Assembly (NCBI GenBank): GCA_036443495.1
Contig: JAZFYL010000006.1
Location: 1-43,285, forward strand
Length of the DNA stretch: 43,285 nt
Origin: Gemmatimonadales bacterium
Lineage (GTDB): Bacteria > Gemmatimonadota > Gemmatimonadetes > Gemmatimonadales > GWC2-71-9
Direction of reading: 5' to 3'
This document shows positions 42,877-43,285 of this stretch, in pieces. The position numbers and the translations under genes are program-made. Each line of letters opens with the position of its first letter. The first letter of the stretch is position 1. A model generated the notes under the pieces. That model was given only the letters and a program-made list of their open reading frames with translations, was not told where the DNA came from and ran no database searches.

Positions 42877-43285
42877 TCATGCCATTACTTCGACCACGCG
42901 GGTCACCAACTGCGTCAGCGACGGCTCGGCCCGCTGGGCGACGCCAATGATCCGCTCCAGGCTGACCGGTTCCAACATGTCGGGCAGACATTGGTCCGTG
43001 ATGATGGAGACCCCCAACACGCGCATCCCGGCGTGGTTGGCAACCACCACTTCAGGGACCGTGGACATCCCCACCACGTCACAACCCAGGGTTCGCAGCA
43101 TGCGATACTCGGCTCGTGTCTCCAGGTTCGGCCCCGGGACTGCGACGTATACGCCCTCGCGCAGCGTCATCTGCAGGTCGAGGGCCGCCTGCCGGGAGAG
43201 GGCCCGCAATTCTCCATCGTAGGGCTAGGACATGTAAGGGAACCGGGGACCCAGCGAGACGTCGTTGGGGCCGACAAGTGGGCTG
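42877..43285 (-). pseudogene. Purine nucleoside phosphorylase (PunA/MTAP-type family), 5' end outside the window, interrupted by an in-frame TAG at 43225-43227
   Basis: My translation across the stop is ...SPLVGPNDVSLGPRFPYMS*PYDGELRALSRQ... followed by 'GVYVAVPGPNLETRAEYRMLRTLGCDVVGMSTVPEVVVANHAGMRVLGVSIITD'. The conserved PNP block is continuous in one frame on both sides of the TAG. Confidence 0.55.

Noticed and set aside
1-43285. CRISPR arrays, transposases or integrases, toxin-antitoxin or known defence genes, rRNA and prophage signatures.
   Set aside because: I found no direct-repeat/spacer periodicity and no DDE, tyrosine or serine recombinase motifs. No restriction, Cas or abortive-infection-like proteins were recognisable, and nothing rRNA-like is present. 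Apart from the Che/Mgl cluster the window is core housekeeping.

Overview
GC-rich bacterial chromosomal window in which every gene I can support is on the minus strand. All calls are motif recognition by eye, with no database search, and the gene content loosely suggests Gemmatimonadota or a relative (low-confidence guess). Reading the minus strand from high to low coordinates, there are four blocks.

(1) A truncated purine nucleoside phosphorylase with an in-frame TAG, then the housekeeping genes ileS, a dksA/traR-family gene, lspA and rluD.

(2) An unbroken, largely translationally coupled gene train of about 17.3 kb (37786 down to 20526). It runs cheW-cheY-cheA-cheC, an 894-aa TPR protein, a PATAN/DUF4388-TPR protein, a TPR-Roadblock fusion, a Roadblock protein, mglB and mglA. 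It continues with a 676-aa protein made of two tandem DnaA-type AAA+ modules with no DNA-binding domain, a second PATAN-TPR protein, cheR-cheD-cheB, two cheW genes and a TPR protein. No MCP receptor gene is present. This chemosensory plus Ras-like GTPase plus tandem DnaA-like ATPase array is my main candidate for an undescribed system.

(3) A HEXXH peptidase, a small membrane ORF, tRNA-Val, a secreted TPR protein, tRNA-Asp and a textbook intrinsic terminator.

(4) A compact dcw cluster: rsmH-ftsL-ftsI-murE-murF-mraY-murD-ftsW-murG-murC-ftsQ-ftsA-ftsZ. It lacks mraZ, ddl and murB. It is followed by an M23 peptidase coupled to ftsZ and a partial vWA-like membrane protein.

I saw no CRISPR array, transposase, integrase or rRNA.
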